Virus record (IMG/VR): IMGVR_UViG_3300020048_000021
Span: 105,848-169,847 of that record
Direction: 5' to 3' (one strand)
Origin: a virus
Taxonomy: Duplodnaviria; Heunggongvirae; Uroviricota; Caudoviricetes
Length of the DNA stretch: 64,000 bases
Part shown: positions 1 through 9,785 of the stretch, in pieces
Position numbering within the stretch: position 1 is the first letter of the stretch
Layout of the letters: every line of letters starts with the position of its first letter
Program-made: the position numbers and the translations under genes
Notes under the pieces: generated by a model
Seen by the model: only the letters and a program-made list of their open reading frames with translations
The model's database searches: none
Told to the model about the DNA's origin: nothing

Positions 1-119
1 GTGAAAGCGGGTAACCCATCTGAGACTTTTAAAATCACACCCGACATTCAACGAGCGATTGAAGTTGTAGCCAAGGCTGAAGTAGAATACGCAAAAACAG
101 TTACATACAAGGAGAAAAA

Positions 120-374
120 ATGATTACAGTGTATACAAAAGATAATTGTCAATTTTGCGATATGGCAAAAGCATTACTAGAAAGTCGTGGCGTTGAATTC
201 ACGACAGTTAATGTTAGTGAAAAATCTGAGGCTCGTGACTATCTTATTGAGAACGGTCATCGCTCAGTGCCACAAATCTTTAGAGGCACTACGCACATTC
301 CAGGTGGATGGCAAGGCTTAGCCGGCATGACAGAAGAAGATTTTAATATTAAAGTTAAAGGAGAAGTAAAATGA
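120..374 (+). CDS. glutaredoxin (NrdC-like thiol-disulfide oxidoreductase)
   Basis: CQFC active-site motif near N-terminus, VPQIF glutaredoxin motif, 84 aa; RBS AAGGAGAAAAAATG. Confidence 0.75.
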   Translation: MITVYTKDNCQFCDMAKALLESRGVEFTTVNVSEKSEARDYLIENGHRSVPQIFRGTTHIPGGWQGLAGMTEEDFNIKVKGEVK

Positions 375-562
375 CAAAGAGCGTAGAATTTCAGGTAATA
401 CCAAAATTGCAAGCAGGTGAAACCCTAGTAGTAAATGTAGAGGTAGGCAATCTTCCTCAGAGGCTTGCAGAGGAATATGTGGCAAATTTTAAAGAAAGTT
501 TTATGAAAACTCGTGATGACGCAGATTCCGTACAGTACTTTTTTGTACCACAGCGTAATTAA
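371..562 (+). CDS. hypothetical protein
   Basis: ORF with ATGA overlap to upstream gene, same-strand operon context. Confidence 0.4.
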   Translation: MTKSVEFQVIPKLQAGETLVVNVEVGNLPQRLAEEYVANFKESFMKTRDDADSVQYFFVPQRN

Positions 563-571
563 AGGACATTA

Positions 572-838
572 ATGAACGAACAACAAACTACTAAATTTGA
601 TTTTTTTACTCCGATAGAAGTAATGTACGCACATTTTGATAATCCAGATTGTGGTCGTGATTCTTGGGATATAGCAGCGGATATCGTAAACGTATTAGTT
701 ACTAGAGAACAATTTACTTCAGACGCTGGATATTATTATCATGTGTATGAAGTAGTTAGAATGGTAATGGAATACGTAGCATCAACTCATCTTCCAATTA
801 TTGAAGCCAGCACTAAAACACAAAATAGACCATATTAA
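572..838 (+). CDS. hypothetical protein
   Basis: ORF, RBS AAGGACATTAATG. Confidence 0.4.
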   Translation: MNEQQTTKFDFFTPIEVMYAHFDNPDCGRDSWDIAADIVNVLVTREQFTSDAGYYYHVYEVVRMVMEYVASTHLPIIEASTKTQNRPY

Positions 839-846
839 GGATAATA

Positions 847-1149
847 ATGACATATAAAACAAACGAAATTTACACAATTAAAGTACTAAGTGGCGAAGAA
901 CTAATCACTAAAGTATTAGACGAAAATGTCGATACGATTACTGTAAGCGAACCATTATCGATTGCACCAAATCAGCAGGGAATGGGCTTAATCCCATCAT
1001 TGTTTTCAGCAGAAATGGACAAACCAGTGACGATAAATAAGAGTGGAATTACAATGTATGCTATTACAGCAGAACAGATTAGAGTGAAATACATTGAAGT
1101 TACTACTGGTATCTCAACACCACCAGCAAAGAAGATCGTACTAGGATAA
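847..1149 (+). CDS. hypothetical protein
   Basis: ORF, RBS AAGGATAATAATG. Confidence 0.4.
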   Translation: MTYKTNEIYTIKVLSGEELITKVLDENVDTITVSEPLSIAPNQQGMGLIPSLFSAEMDKPVTINKSGITMYAITAEQIRVKYIEVTTGISTPPAKKIVLG

Positions 1150-1153
1150 TTAT

Positions 1154-1432
1154 ATGGCAAAGTTAAGTAGAGTTGGAGATAAGAATGGCGGTGGCGGACA
1201 AATTGTTCGTGGTAGCAGCACGGTCTTCTGTAATGGAAAGCCTGTTGGATTACACGTTAGTGCTATTACTCCACACTCTCCTAAGCCAAAGAAAAAGCCA
1301 CATAATACAGCTAAAACTACAGACGGTAGTCCAACTGTATTTTGCGATGGAGTAGCGGTACTCAGAGTTGGTAGTGGTAATAGTTGTGGTCATAAAATAA
1401 TAGAAGGTAGTCCGGACGTTAACGTATCATGA
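1154..1432 (+). CDS. PAAR-repeat protein (T4 gp5.4-like spike tip)
   Basis: 92 aa, repeated motif STVFCNGKPVGL / PTVFCDGVAVLRVGS / CGHKIIEGSP typical of PAAR domains. Confidence 0.6.
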   Translation: MAKLSRVGDKNGGGGQIVRGSSTVFCNGKPVGLHVSAITPHSPKPKKKPHNTAKTTDGSPTVFCDGVAVLRVGSGNSCGHKIIEGSPDVNVS

Positions 1433-3972
1433 GTCAAAATGGAAGTTACACACCTCTTCAATTAAATGTATTGTCAGAATTAAAATCTGATAGAGGATTT
1501 GCTATTAACGCTACTGCTCAAGCATTAATGGGCGTATGGAATCCAGCAGGGTATCATCAGGGGAGTGTCAGCTCCAATACAGTGTTGAGTAAATTAACAT
1601 CTAGTATACCTAATTACTATCAATTAACAATTGTAGTTCCTATTCCTGACCCGCCACCTGATCCACCTGAACCAGTAACTAATATTTCAGTTCAAACCTA
1701 TCGTAAGTTGTTATCGTTGGGAGCAGGAATTTGCCCAGCACTAGGTAATAGTTTACCATCAACATTCAAGCCAAGTTATCCTGGATATGGAAGCTGGCAG
1801 GGTGCTACGCTAGCAAGTGATAATTATCCTCCAAAGAATTATCCCAGTAGCGGAGAATACAGTTACGTGTACACTGATTACAATCAGTATTGTTATATTA
1901 CTGGATGGCCTGGAAAAAATAGTTGGCAGAAAGACACTGATACTTATATAGCGGCATTGCCACCTAGTGTAGATGATGTAATACCCACTAGCTATGATGA
2001 ATATTTTAGCAACGGGTTTATTTCTCTGTTGGCTAGACAAGCATATTATGAATTATGGTCGGGACAGTTTAATCAGTATAATGACATTACCAGTTCATTT
2101 TCCACTACTGACAGTAACAAGTCACAAAATAATCAAGAGATATCTAGTTTGATCAATAGTCAAACAATGTCTACCAACTTTAGTAATATCAATGACTTGA
2201 CAACTAATGATGTTAGTGGTGTTAATCTAGCATTTAGATCATGGGGCACTGACTTAGTTAACAGCGGAAAAGTAATTGATTTATCAAATATATCACGATT
2301 TGGAACTCCAAGCGTGTTGTTAATCACGCTACAAAAATACAATGCTCTTACACCAGCGGTTGGTCTAGCATTACAGTATGCTGGATTAACTAGTCAAGAA
2401 TTAGCTAAGATATGTGATCCAACTTATATTCCTACACCAGATCAAGAAAAGAAAATCTATGATTCGTTTAAGCTAATATCAGGTGATGATCTATATAGTT
2501 TGAATGGCGGTATTACATTACAATTAAATTGTAGAATACCAAATCTTCGAACATTGGCAGATTTATTAGATCCATTATATTTATTTCCTAATAGTTATGG
2601 TAGCTTAACTGTACCACAGTACAGACCAGAAACATTAAGCAGCAAGATTTATTATTTAATATATACTAAAGATGCTCTTAATCCTCAAATAACTTCTATA
2701 GTTCAATCAGCATTAAGTCAGCTTATTGGAATATTACCAACTGACGTGGCTACAGCTTGTGCAGCATTTTCTACTAGCATGCAGCAAATTCAGAATATTT
2801 CACAAGGAACTATAGAAAAATTTGGAGTAGCAGTTACCAATTTAGAATTAACTAATAAAGATTTGCCGTTGATTAATCAAGCAACTGGTACTCCTGGAAG
2901 TGTTTCATCTGCTAATCAATTGTTAAACAATACAGCATTGGGTAGTGGTAATTCTGGTGTATATCGTCAGTGTGATTACTTTGGTGCTGCTAGTGGCTAT
3001 CCATATTCAGATTGGATGACAGAGATAACATCAATAATAAATTCACTACCCACTACTGCACTACAGCAAACGTATAAGAATATTTTCAATCTAAGTGTTA
3101 GTCCAACTGCCACAGTAGACGCTGACTTAACTGCTCTATTAGCAACTGCTACTGCTCAAATAACAGCAATTAAGAACAGTAATACTGGACAAGTTAATAG
3201 ATTGAATGATTTGTGGAACAAAATGGGTAATCAATTGTTTATTGAGCAAAGAGCTATCCCATATGCTATTCCAAGAACCACTGATATTACTTCTAATGTT
3301 GATAGTAATAACATCAGTAGTTTTGTAAAGAGCTTAGAGACTTATGCTCAAGACATTGGAGATGGTGAAGCAGCCAAGACATTAGAAGCCATTAGTAATA
3401 TTACTAATTTCGGTGGTCAAAGTGTAGTAGCTGCTATGCGTGAAGCAAGAAATGCTCAACAACTTAACAATGCTGGTATACCACCTAACAACGACGTTTC
3501 AAACGCAATTGACCCGTGTGCTGCCAGCGCAACAGTAGTATTAGGACCAACTGGTAGTATACAGTCAGTGACTATGACTAATCAAAGTACAGGATACAGT
3601 TTGTCGTCACCACCGCAAGTTAACATATATCCATTTGGATACGGAGGATTATTAGTTCCAGTAATAGAAAACGATGGGTCTATTAGTAGATTAATTATAG
3701 CCAATGCTGGTTTAGGATATCAGTATGCTACAGTAACTATAGATAGCCCCCCACAATGTTTGCCAACTACCATTGGTAGTGATACTGCTATTCCTGCTTA
3801 TGCAGCTACAGTTACTAACCCACAAACATTTCCGGGACCAGGACCATTTACAACCTTTAGTTATAATCCATATTTACCAGTGCCATCATTGCCATCACCG
3901 ACTTCTAGTCCCACAGTAGACCAAGCTATCGTAGATGTAATACTTTGCAACTGCGATTGTTGGAACTTGTAG
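1429..3972 (+). CDS. large S/T/N-rich protein, possible virion/adhesin-type structural protein
   Basis: 847 aa ORF translationally coupled (ATGA) to the PAAR gene; proline-rich PDPPPDPPEP linker; no recognisable catalytic motif. Confidence 0.45.
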   Translation: MSQNGSYTPLQLNVLSELKSDRGFAINATAQALMGVWNPAGYHQGSVSSNTVLSKLTSSIPNYYQLTIVVPIPDPPPDPPEPVTNISVQTYRKLLSLGAGICPALGNSLPSTFKPSYPGYGSWQGATLASDNYPPKNYPSSGEYSYVYTDYNQYCYITGWPGKNSWQKDTDTYIAALPPSVDDVIPTSYDEYFSNGFISLLARQAYYELWSGQFNQYNDITSSFSTTDSNKSQNNQEISSLINSQTMSTNFSNINDLTTNDVSGVNLAFRSWGTDLVNSGKVIDLSNISRFGTPSVLLITLQKYNALTPAVGLALQYAGLTSQELAKICDPTYIPTPDQEKKIYDSFKLISGDDLYSLNGGITLQLNCRIPNLRTLADLLDPLYLFPNSYGSLTVPQYRPETLSSKIYYLIYTKDALNPQITSIVQSALSQLIGILPTDVATACAAFSTSMQQIQNISQGTIEKFGVAVTNLELTNKDLPLINQATGTPGSVSSANQLLNNTALGSGNSGVYRQCDYFGAASGYPYSDWMTEITSIINSLPTTALQQTYKNIFNLSVSPTATVDADLTALLATATAQITAIKNSNTGQVNRLNDLWNKMGNQLFIEQRAIPYAIPRTTDITSNVDSNNISSFVKSLETYAQDIGDGEAAKTLEAISNITNFGGQSVVAAMREARNAQQLNNAGIPPNNDVSNAIDPCAASATVVLGPTGSIQSVTMTNQSTGYSLSSPPQVNIYPFGYGGLLVPVIENDGSISRLIIANAGLGYQYATVTIDSPPQCLPTTIGSDTAIPAYAATVTNPQTFPGPGPFTTFSYNPYLPVPSLPSPTSSPTVDQAIVDVILCNCDCWNL

Positions 3973-4007
3973 ATACTATCTACTTGTTATAATCAAAGGA
4001 GAATTAT

Positions 4008-4700
4008 ATGCTTAGTATAAGCAAACTAAAATCATTGACATTATGTGCGACTATCTCAATTATAGTATTACTACTTGGGACAATGTCCTTAAATAATACT
4101 GATTATTTAAAACAGTACGAAGAAAAAAAGAGTGTATTACTAGTCACAGCCGCTCCAAGTTTTATAAGTGAAATGAAACCAATTAAGTTTCCGGACTTAA
4201 CTGAATTTATTATTCAGCCTGTTGAAATTAAATCTGAATTTGTTATCAAAACAGATATTATCAAATTGACCAAACGTGATCAGATCAAGTGTATGGCTCA
4301 TAACATATACTACGAAGCAGGCGGCGAGTCTTATATGGGACAAATCGCAGTTGCTAGAGTAGTGATGAATCGCGTATTACACGGCTTTGCTGAGAATCCA
4401 TGTAAAGTGATTTATCAGACCACGAGAAAAGTAAATGTAGAAACAGAACGAGCTACTATACACTGTCAGTTCTCTTGGGTATGTCATGGAAAGCTTCAGC
4501 CTGATACTACTAGTAACAAATATAAAACAGCAGAAGAAATAGCTGAGCAAGTTATTCACGAAGATAAGTGGAATGATGAAATACCGAACAATGTATTATT
4601 CTTTCACAATAAAAGTGTTAATCCATCATGGCCATACAAAACCGCAATGGTAATCGGCAATCATGTATTTTATTCTTATGGAAAAGAAAAGAAAAATTAA
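4008..4700 (+). CDS. SleB-like cell wall hydrolase with N-terminal membrane anchor
   Basis: N-terminal TM helix; motif MAHNIYYEAGGESYMGQIAVARVVMNRV matches the SleB/CwlJ hydrolase signature. Confidence 0.6.
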   Translation: MLSISKLKSLTLCATISIIVLLLGTMSLNNTDYLKQYEEKKSVLLVTAAPSFISEMKPIKFPDLTEFIIQPVEIKSEFVIKTDIIKLTKRDQIKCMAHNIYYEAGGESYMGQIAVARVVMNRVLHGFAENPCKVIYQTTRKVNVETERATIHCQFSWVCHGKLQPDTTSNKYKTAEEIAEQVIHEDKWNDEIPNNVLFFHNKSVNPSWPYKTAMVIGNHVFYSYGKEKKN

Positions 4701-4702
4701 CA

Positions 4703-5560
4703 CTAGGTTAATTTATTATTTATTTTATCTGTTCTTGCTTTATAAATCGACTCACGACTTTCTACAGTAGCAACAAAAGGCAACAGTAATAAAGCAGGAT
4801 CATATTCTTTGGGATTTCCACTAATGGTTGTCCCAAAGTCATATGATTTTGAGTTAGCATGATGATTGTTATGATATCCTTGACCCCAGTTAGTATATGC
4901 CATTACTGTAATGTTTCTGCTATGATCATTAGTGTCAAAATTACGATATCCCCAGTTTGGAGAATGACACAGTGTATTGACAAAGCTTTCTTGATATAAT
5001 CCAATCACAGCTGGTAGCATTAATCCAAATAGCAGTACTTGCCAGCTAATTAGTCCTACGATAATATATGTACACAATATTATTACTCCATAGTTTTTTG
5101 CAAACCACACATGAGTGGGATTTCTTAATAAGTCTATTACTGAACGAGCATTGAAATAAGAATTCCAGTCCCACATCCATCCATGCCATGAATACCACGT
5201 ACCATGTACTGGACTATGAGCATCTTTTAAGGTGTCACAGTACTTATGATGACTGCCCCGATGTACTGATGCCCAGCCAAGTGGGCTTCCCTGTATTGCT
5301 AAACATGCTATATATAATAATATAGGCTCTAATCCTTTTTTTGCTATGAATGTCATATGACTTACATAACGATGTAATACAACATGAACTCCAATACCGT
5401 ATATCAATGTCCATCCAATTACAAAACTTAATACGTTAATCAATGATATTCCTATCATGACAGTATAACAAATTAATCCTAGCAATGTTACAGCATGAAT
5501 TGGATATAGTATATAAAACAGAAAATCTGTTCCGGTTTTTTCTGTAACAGTATTACTCAT
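4703..5560 (-). CDS. membrane fatty acid desaturase (delta-9 acyl-CoA/acyl-lipid desaturase family)
   Basis: Three histidine boxes HRYVSH, HRGSHHKY(x)DAHSP and HNNHH closely resembling stearoyl-CoA desaturase boxes HRLWSH/HRAHHKF/HNYHH; multiple TM segments. Confidence 0.8.
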   Translation of the reverse strand: MSNTVTEKTGTDFLFYILYPIHAVTLLGLICYTVMIGISLINVLSFVIGWTLIYGIGVHVVLHRYVSHMTFIAKKGLEPILLYIACLAIQGSPLGWASVHRGSHHKYCDTLKDAHSPVHGTWYSWHGWMWDWNSYFNARSVIDLLRNPTHVWFAKNYGVIILCTYIIVGLISWQVLLFGLMLPAVIGLYQESFVNTLCHSPNWGYRNFDTNDHSRNITVMAYTNWGQGYHNNHHANSKSYDFGTTISGNPKEYDPALLLLPFVATVESRESIYKARTDKINNKLT

Positions 5561-6141
5561 GATTGATTCCTTTTGTATTCGGCTACGTACTGATCAGTAA
5601 AATTCACGCTTCTAATACCAATCGGTAAAAAATTACTATATATTTTATCCCAAGCGTTTTTGAGACCAGTGCTTTTGCCCTGTTGAATTCTAGTAAATGC
5701 TTTATATATTGCTTTGTTATACTCGTTACATGTGATCCATAATCTATTATATGATTCGGAATCTTTAATTATAAGAGGTAATATATGATTAGCTATTAAA
5801 TTACGCTGCCTATATTCTGAAAGTACATATGTTCTAGTCAATGCCAATGCAATGTCATCTTTATACCAATTCCAACCAGAACTACATATATAATTATTAT
5901 CTTCTTCTACTATATAATAGTTTCCTATTTTAAATCTATCATGACGTAAGATATAAAATAAATTAGAGTTTTCGTTTTTATAATCTGGGTGATAATTTTT
6001 AATCAGTTCAGATTCAGTGACTTTTTGTAAACCCTTTTCTAAAAGTTTAATCACTTTTGTGTTTGATAAATTCTGTATCTGATGTATTAACATATTACGA
6101 ATATTTATATAATATAGCTGAACTATATTAATTTCGTTCAA
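5557..6141 (-). CDS. hypothetical protein
   Basis: ORF overlapping the desaturase stop by 4 nt, same-strand cassette. Confidence 0.4.
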   Translation of the reverse strand: MNEINIVQLYYINIRNMLIHQIQNLSNTKVIKLLEKGLQKVTESELIKNYHPDYKNENSNLFYILRHDRFKIGNYYIVEEDNNYICSSGWNWYKDDIALALTRTYVLSEYRQRNLIANHILPLIIKDSESYNRLWITCNEYNKAIYKAFTRIQQGKSTGLKNAWDKIYSNFLPIGIRSVNFTDQYVAEYKRNQS

Positions 6142-6721
6142 TAAGTAAATTTTTCGATTTTAAGTGAATTATTAATTCTTCCCAAGTATATGACAGTGAT
6201 CGTTTGATGCTAATACACCATCTCGGAACCTTTCCCATTGTTATGCTATGAGGAATATCAGTTCTGACCAGAGTAGAAACATTTTTAATTTCACGTTGTT
6301 CAATTTCTGTAAGATCATTGATCTTCCATGAAACATATGGAGTATTAGCCATTGTTCTCTCAACACAATTATCTTTTGACAAATCGTAATGATCTTTTGG
6401 AAAATTGTACCATACCATTTTGCTATCATCACCTCCAATTACCCAATTTATTGCCCACGGAACAGCTCCAGTGACTGTTTTGTTTATATCTATGTGTGCA
6501 TAAGGTCTTGTATTGTCGCTTGGATATCGATAAAATAATACGGCACGATATATAGGAATTTCAATTGATTCCATATAGTCTAGCCATTCAGTATTAAAAA
6601 TACTAGAATCGACCACTTGAATATTCATACTATTATTTAATTCACTTACGTCCCAAACCCAGTCTTTTCTTAGTGCATTTGACGTATCTATTTTGAGTTC
6701 ATACCAACAATTGTTATTCAT
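6128..6721 (-). CDS. hypothetical protein
   Basis: ORF in minus-strand cassette 4703-6721. Confidence 0.4.
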   Translation of the reverse strand: MNNNCWYELKIDTSNALRKDWVWDVSELNNSMNIQVVDSSIFNTEWLDYMESIEIPIYRAVLFYRYPSDNTRPYAHIDINKTVTGAVPWAINWVIGGDDSKMVWYNFPKDHYDLSKDNCVERTMANTPYVSWKINDLTEIEQREIKNVSTLVRTDIPHSITMGKVPRWCISIKRSLSYTWEELIIHLKSKNLLIERN

Positions 6722-6735
6722 AATACTATTTATGC

Positions 6736-6790
6736 TGTTGTATTTTTACAACACTAATTATTTGACAATAAATCTGCTTTCCTCTATAAT
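6736..6790 (+). promoter_or_regulatory. PeSL-type cassette: palindrome TGTTGTA-N5-TACAACA followed by sigma70 promoter (TTGACA 6762-6767, TATAAT 6785-6790, 17 bp spacer)
   Basis: exact consensus boxes and 17-bp spacer read from sequence. Confidence 0.7.
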
Positions 6791-6819
6791 GGTTGTATTG
6801 TCTAAACAAGGAAGCAAAA

Positions 6820-7038
6820 ATGTCTAAAAAATACGTAGTTATTAGCCCTGATTCAAGCTCACTGAGCTATCGTGTCTATGAATTAGACATTATCGCTGGC
6901 ACTGAAGTTTGTGTGGGTAACTGTGTTGGTAGCTTTGATACTGACGAATACGCTCAAGCGTATGCCAGCGACATGCAAATGGTTCACGACTGGGAATCTG
7001 CCAATATTCAACTTGAAGTTGGCTGTGAATTTGACTAA
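6820..7038 (+). CDS. hypothetical protein
   Basis: ATG 6820 with RBS AAGGAAGCAAAAATG (ORF-track start 6793 lies in the promoter). Confidence 0.45.
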   Translation: MSKKYVVISPDSSSLSYRVYELDIIAGTEVCVGNCVGSFDTDEYAQAYASDMQMVHDWESANIQLEVGCEFD

Positions 7039-7040
7039 AG

Positions 7041-7093
7041 TGTTGTATTTTTACAACACTTTAGTTGACAGTAATTATAGTATTTGCTATAAT
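7041..7093 (+). promoter_or_regulatory. PeSL-type cassette: palindrome TGTTGTA-N5-TACAACA + promoter TTGACA(7065-7070)-17-TATAAT(7088-7093)
   Basis: sequence read. Confidence 0.7.
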
Positions 7094-7124
7094 TCACACT
7101 TACATTGATAAACAGGAATACAAA

Positions 7125-7472
7125 ATGAACGTAAATTTGAATGAACTCATTGAGGGACTCAATCAAGCAGAAAATCTGGTTGATCAAGTTTATCATTATG
7201 CCATGGAATCTGGCAATGCTGAATTACAAAGCATTATGAATAGTGCTGGCACTGGCATCAATGATGGTCGTAATATCTTGGACAATATCAAAAAGAACAA
7301 TGAAAAGAAATTACGTAACAATGAGTTATTGCAAAAATTGCAATTAGCTCAACAACTTCTTTCTGATGTTTATTACGATGCTTGTGAAAATAAAAATTCT
7401 GAAATCGAAAGCAATATGTCGGTTGCTGATGACTGTATTAATGACTCAATTGGTATGTTGGAGACAAAATAA
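7125..7472 (+). CDS. hypothetical protein
   Basis: ATG 7125 after RBS CAGGAATACAAAATG; ORF-track start 7065 lies in the promoter so is rejected. Confidence 0.45.
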   Translation: MNVNLNELIEGLNQAENLVDQVYHYAMESGNAELQSIMNSAGTGINDGRNILDNIKKNNEKKLRNNELLQKLQLAQQLLSDVYYDACENKNSEIESNMSVADDCINDSIGMLETK

Positions 7473-7879
7473 TGGCTTATGTATCTCAAGAAATGAAAGC
7501 TAAATTAGCACCCACAATTAAAGCTGTGCTGAAAAAGTACGGCGTTAAGGGTACGATTTCGGTTCAAAATCATATGTCGTTGGTAGTCAATATCAAGTCT
7601 GGCAGCATTGATTTTATCAAGAATTATAACGATACTGTATCGAAACAACCGGGTGGATTTCGCAATGGCGGACCCGCGGAGAAATATTTACAAGTAAATC
7701 ATTACTGGTATCATGAGCATTATTCTGGCGTTGTCAAGAAGTTCTTGGGTGAGTTGATTCAGGCAATGAAGGGTCCTGATTTCTTCGATCATACTGATGC
7801 TCAAATTGATTACTTTCATGTATCACATTACTTTGATATTAATATTGGTCGTTGGAATAAACCATACGAGTTAGTATGA
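7472..7879 (+). CDS. hypothetical protein
   Basis: ORF with ATGG overlap coupling. Confidence 0.45.
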   Translation: MAYVSQEMKAKLAPTIKAVLKKYGVKGTISVQNHMSLVVNIKSGSIDFIKNYNDTVSKQPGGFRNGGPAEKYLQVNHYWYHEHYSGVVKKFLGELIQAMKGPDFFDHTDAQIDYFHVSHYFDINIGRWNKPYELV

Positions 7880-8079
7880 TCTTATTTTCTATCAATTTCT
7901 TTTTTGCCATACTCTTTACAGTATTGGCATTTGATGCTAGTAAATGGACAGGTCGGACCGGAGCTGTGATATTCTATCTAGTGATAGCTGGTATGTGCTT
8001 GTTCTCATGTGTATACTCTATCATGAATCATGATTCAGAACCAGTCAAGCCAGTAGTTAATAAGTTTTTACTTGTATGA
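7876..8079 (+). CDS. small membrane protein
   Basis: 67 aa, two hydrophobic helices. Confidence 0.4.
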   Translation: MILFSINFFFAILFTVLAFDASKWTGRTGAVIFYLVIAGMCLFSCVYSIMNHDSEPVKPVVNKFLLV

Positions 8080-8158
8080 GTTACTTTGACGTAGTTGTAG
8101 TATTAATTGGAATCGTGTTATATTTAATCTCTCGTTATATTTAAATTGGAAAATTGAA

Positions 8159-8401
8159 ATGCTTATTAAACTTACAGCAGCATTATTAACAGCATTAATA
8201 TTAGCTGCCATTCCCGGTATAATCTATGGAGTAGTCGAACTATTGCAGCATTTAGAACCGACGCCGTGGCAAGTCTTGGCGTTTGTAATTGGAATGGCAT
8301 TGGTGCCATTTGTTTCGCTAGTGACAAGTTTAATTTATAACGCTGTTCAGAGCAACTTACTTGACTTAGAAGCTCGTCGCTTTTGGAAGAAAAAATTATG
8401 A
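8159..8401 (+). CDS. small membrane protein
   Basis: 80 aa, hydrophobic helices, RBS. Confidence 0.4.
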   Translation: MLIKLTAALLTALILAAIPGIIYGVVELLQHLEPTPWQVLAFVIGMALVPFVSLVTSLIYNAVQSNLLDLEARRFWKKKL

Positions 8402-8688
8402 AACATATACATTGTGATTTAATTATAGCTTGGGCGAATGGCGCAGAAATTCAAGTTTATTTTGAACTTAAAAATACTTGGTTGGATGTTAAAACGCCAA
8501 TGTGGGATAACGATGAAGAATATAGAATTAAGCCTAAACCACCATGCGATATTGTTAGACAAATTGTCGCCGAAATCAGCGGGGCGGCCGCAGTATATGT
8601 GGTAGGGAGTGCTGTACCTCCCAATTTGCGGCTAACTTTTGACGGGAAAACCGGTAAATTAAAATCAGCAGAGGTGCTGAAATGGTAA
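8398..8688 (+). CDS. hypothetical protein, AWANGAxIQVY paralog family member 1
   Basis: motif IIAWANGAEIQVY...YRIKPKP shared with 8682-8960 and 13276-13701. Confidence 0.45.
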   Translation: MKHIHCDLIIAWANGAEIQVYFELKNTWLDVKTPMWDNDEEYRIKPKPPCDIVRQIVAEISGAAAVYVVGSAVPPNLRLTFDGKTGKLKSAEVLKW

Positions 8689-8960
8689 AGAATAAACACT
8701 ACAATGAAATTATTGCTTTCGCTGAAGGTATGACGATTCAATATTTTGATCATTATATGGATGAATGGGCAGATTGCTATGGCGCGCCTCAGTGGGGTGA
8801 ACGTACTCTATATCGTGTAAAGCCCGTGCTTAAAGAAAATCATGTTAGAATCGTTGGACTATATGAGCCTGATGGTTACGAGTGGAATTATTTGGGCCAG
8901 TTTCGTGTAATCTCTGACGGCGACACAAACAAAGTAATCAGCATAGAGGTGTTGGAATGA
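8682..8960 (+). CDS. hypothetical protein, AWANGAxIQVY paralog family member 2
   Basis: motif IIAFAEGMTIQYF...YRVKPV. Confidence 0.45.
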   Translation: MVKNKHYNEIIAFAEGMTIQYFDHYMDEWADCYGAPQWGERTLYRVKPVLKENHVRIVGLYEPDGYEWNYLGQFRVISDGDTNKVISIEVLE

Positions 8961-8995
8961 ATCAATTACGAGATATGTACATTGATAAATAAAGT

Positions 8996-9778
8996 ATGAA
9001 AAATTATCTATTTAAAAGTCTATTTCAAGTTACTGATACTAATTGGTATTTTAAAGATAGAAAAAATGAGCAGAATCTATATAATAAATATGTAGAAATG
9101 CATCAACTTAGTGTAGACAGTTATAATAAATATCTTAAAGGTGACTGGGAATTAAAATTTATACAGGGATCAGTAGAAAATATCAATGATGCTTTTAAAA
9201 AAACATTTATTGAAATCTATAAATTATGGAAACAAGGCGACACTAATATATTATATACCGATCCAGATACACTGGCTATTAATGATATGGATCCTTGGGA
9301 AATATCTGATAAGTTCATGATGTTTAATTTTACTAGTATGAAATCTCTGAGAACAAGTTGTCATTATAAAAGAAATTTTCCTTGGTACTTTAATGCCGGA
9401 GTAAGATATTTTCCAGCAAACATGACTCAACGTATCTGGGATATCGGCTTTAAAATGTACGATAACTGGGAAGAAAATTCATATAATACAGAACAGATTA
9501 TATTAAATTCAATGTTGTGGGATCAAGGTCTTACACTAGAACAAGCATTAAAACCTCAATTCGCATATCAAGCACACTGGCTTCCCAAGAAAGCATTGTT
9601 ATTAGAACAAGATATATGGAATGGTATGGATATTAATAAAGCATTTATAATTCATACTCATAGCAGCAGAGGCGTAGCAGAAAAGCTTAGTTTTATGAAA
9701 AGAATTTCAAATCGTACAGGTTTGATTAATCAAGAAACTTGTTTGAATGAAAATATTAACTTATTAATTGAAGAGTGA
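8996..9778 (+). CDS. hypothetical protein
   Basis: 260 aa ORF. Confidence 0.45.
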   Translation: MKNYLFKSLFQVTDTNWYFKDRKNEQNLYNKYVEMHQLSVDSYNKYLKGDWELKFIQGSVENINDAFKKTFIEIYKLWKQGDTNILYTDPDTLAINDMDPWEISDKFMMFNFTSMKSLRTSCHYKRNFPWYFNAGVRYFPANMTQRIWDIGFKMYDNWEENSYNTEQIILNSMLWDQGLTLEQALKPQFAYQAHWLPKKALLLEQDIWNGMDINKAFIIHTHSSRGVAEKLSFMKRISNRTGLINQETCLNENINLLIEE

Positions 9779-9785
9779 CATTATA

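Noticed and set aside
7038-7060. Palindromes TGTTGTA...TACAACA as simple rho-independent terminators
   Set aside because: Most copies are not followed by a U-tract (only 31953 and 63912 are), and the half-site sequence is conserved. I kept them as regulatory cassettes and noted that two copies may also terminate.
7065-7124. ORF-track start at 7065 (MTVIIVFAIIHTYIDKQEYK...)
   Set aside because: Codons 1-20 coincide with the -35 box, spacer and -10 box of a consensus promoter. The real start is ATG 7125 with an RBS. The same reasoning moved starts at 6793, 17255, 29594, 36284, 39498, 47083, 55048 and 62555.
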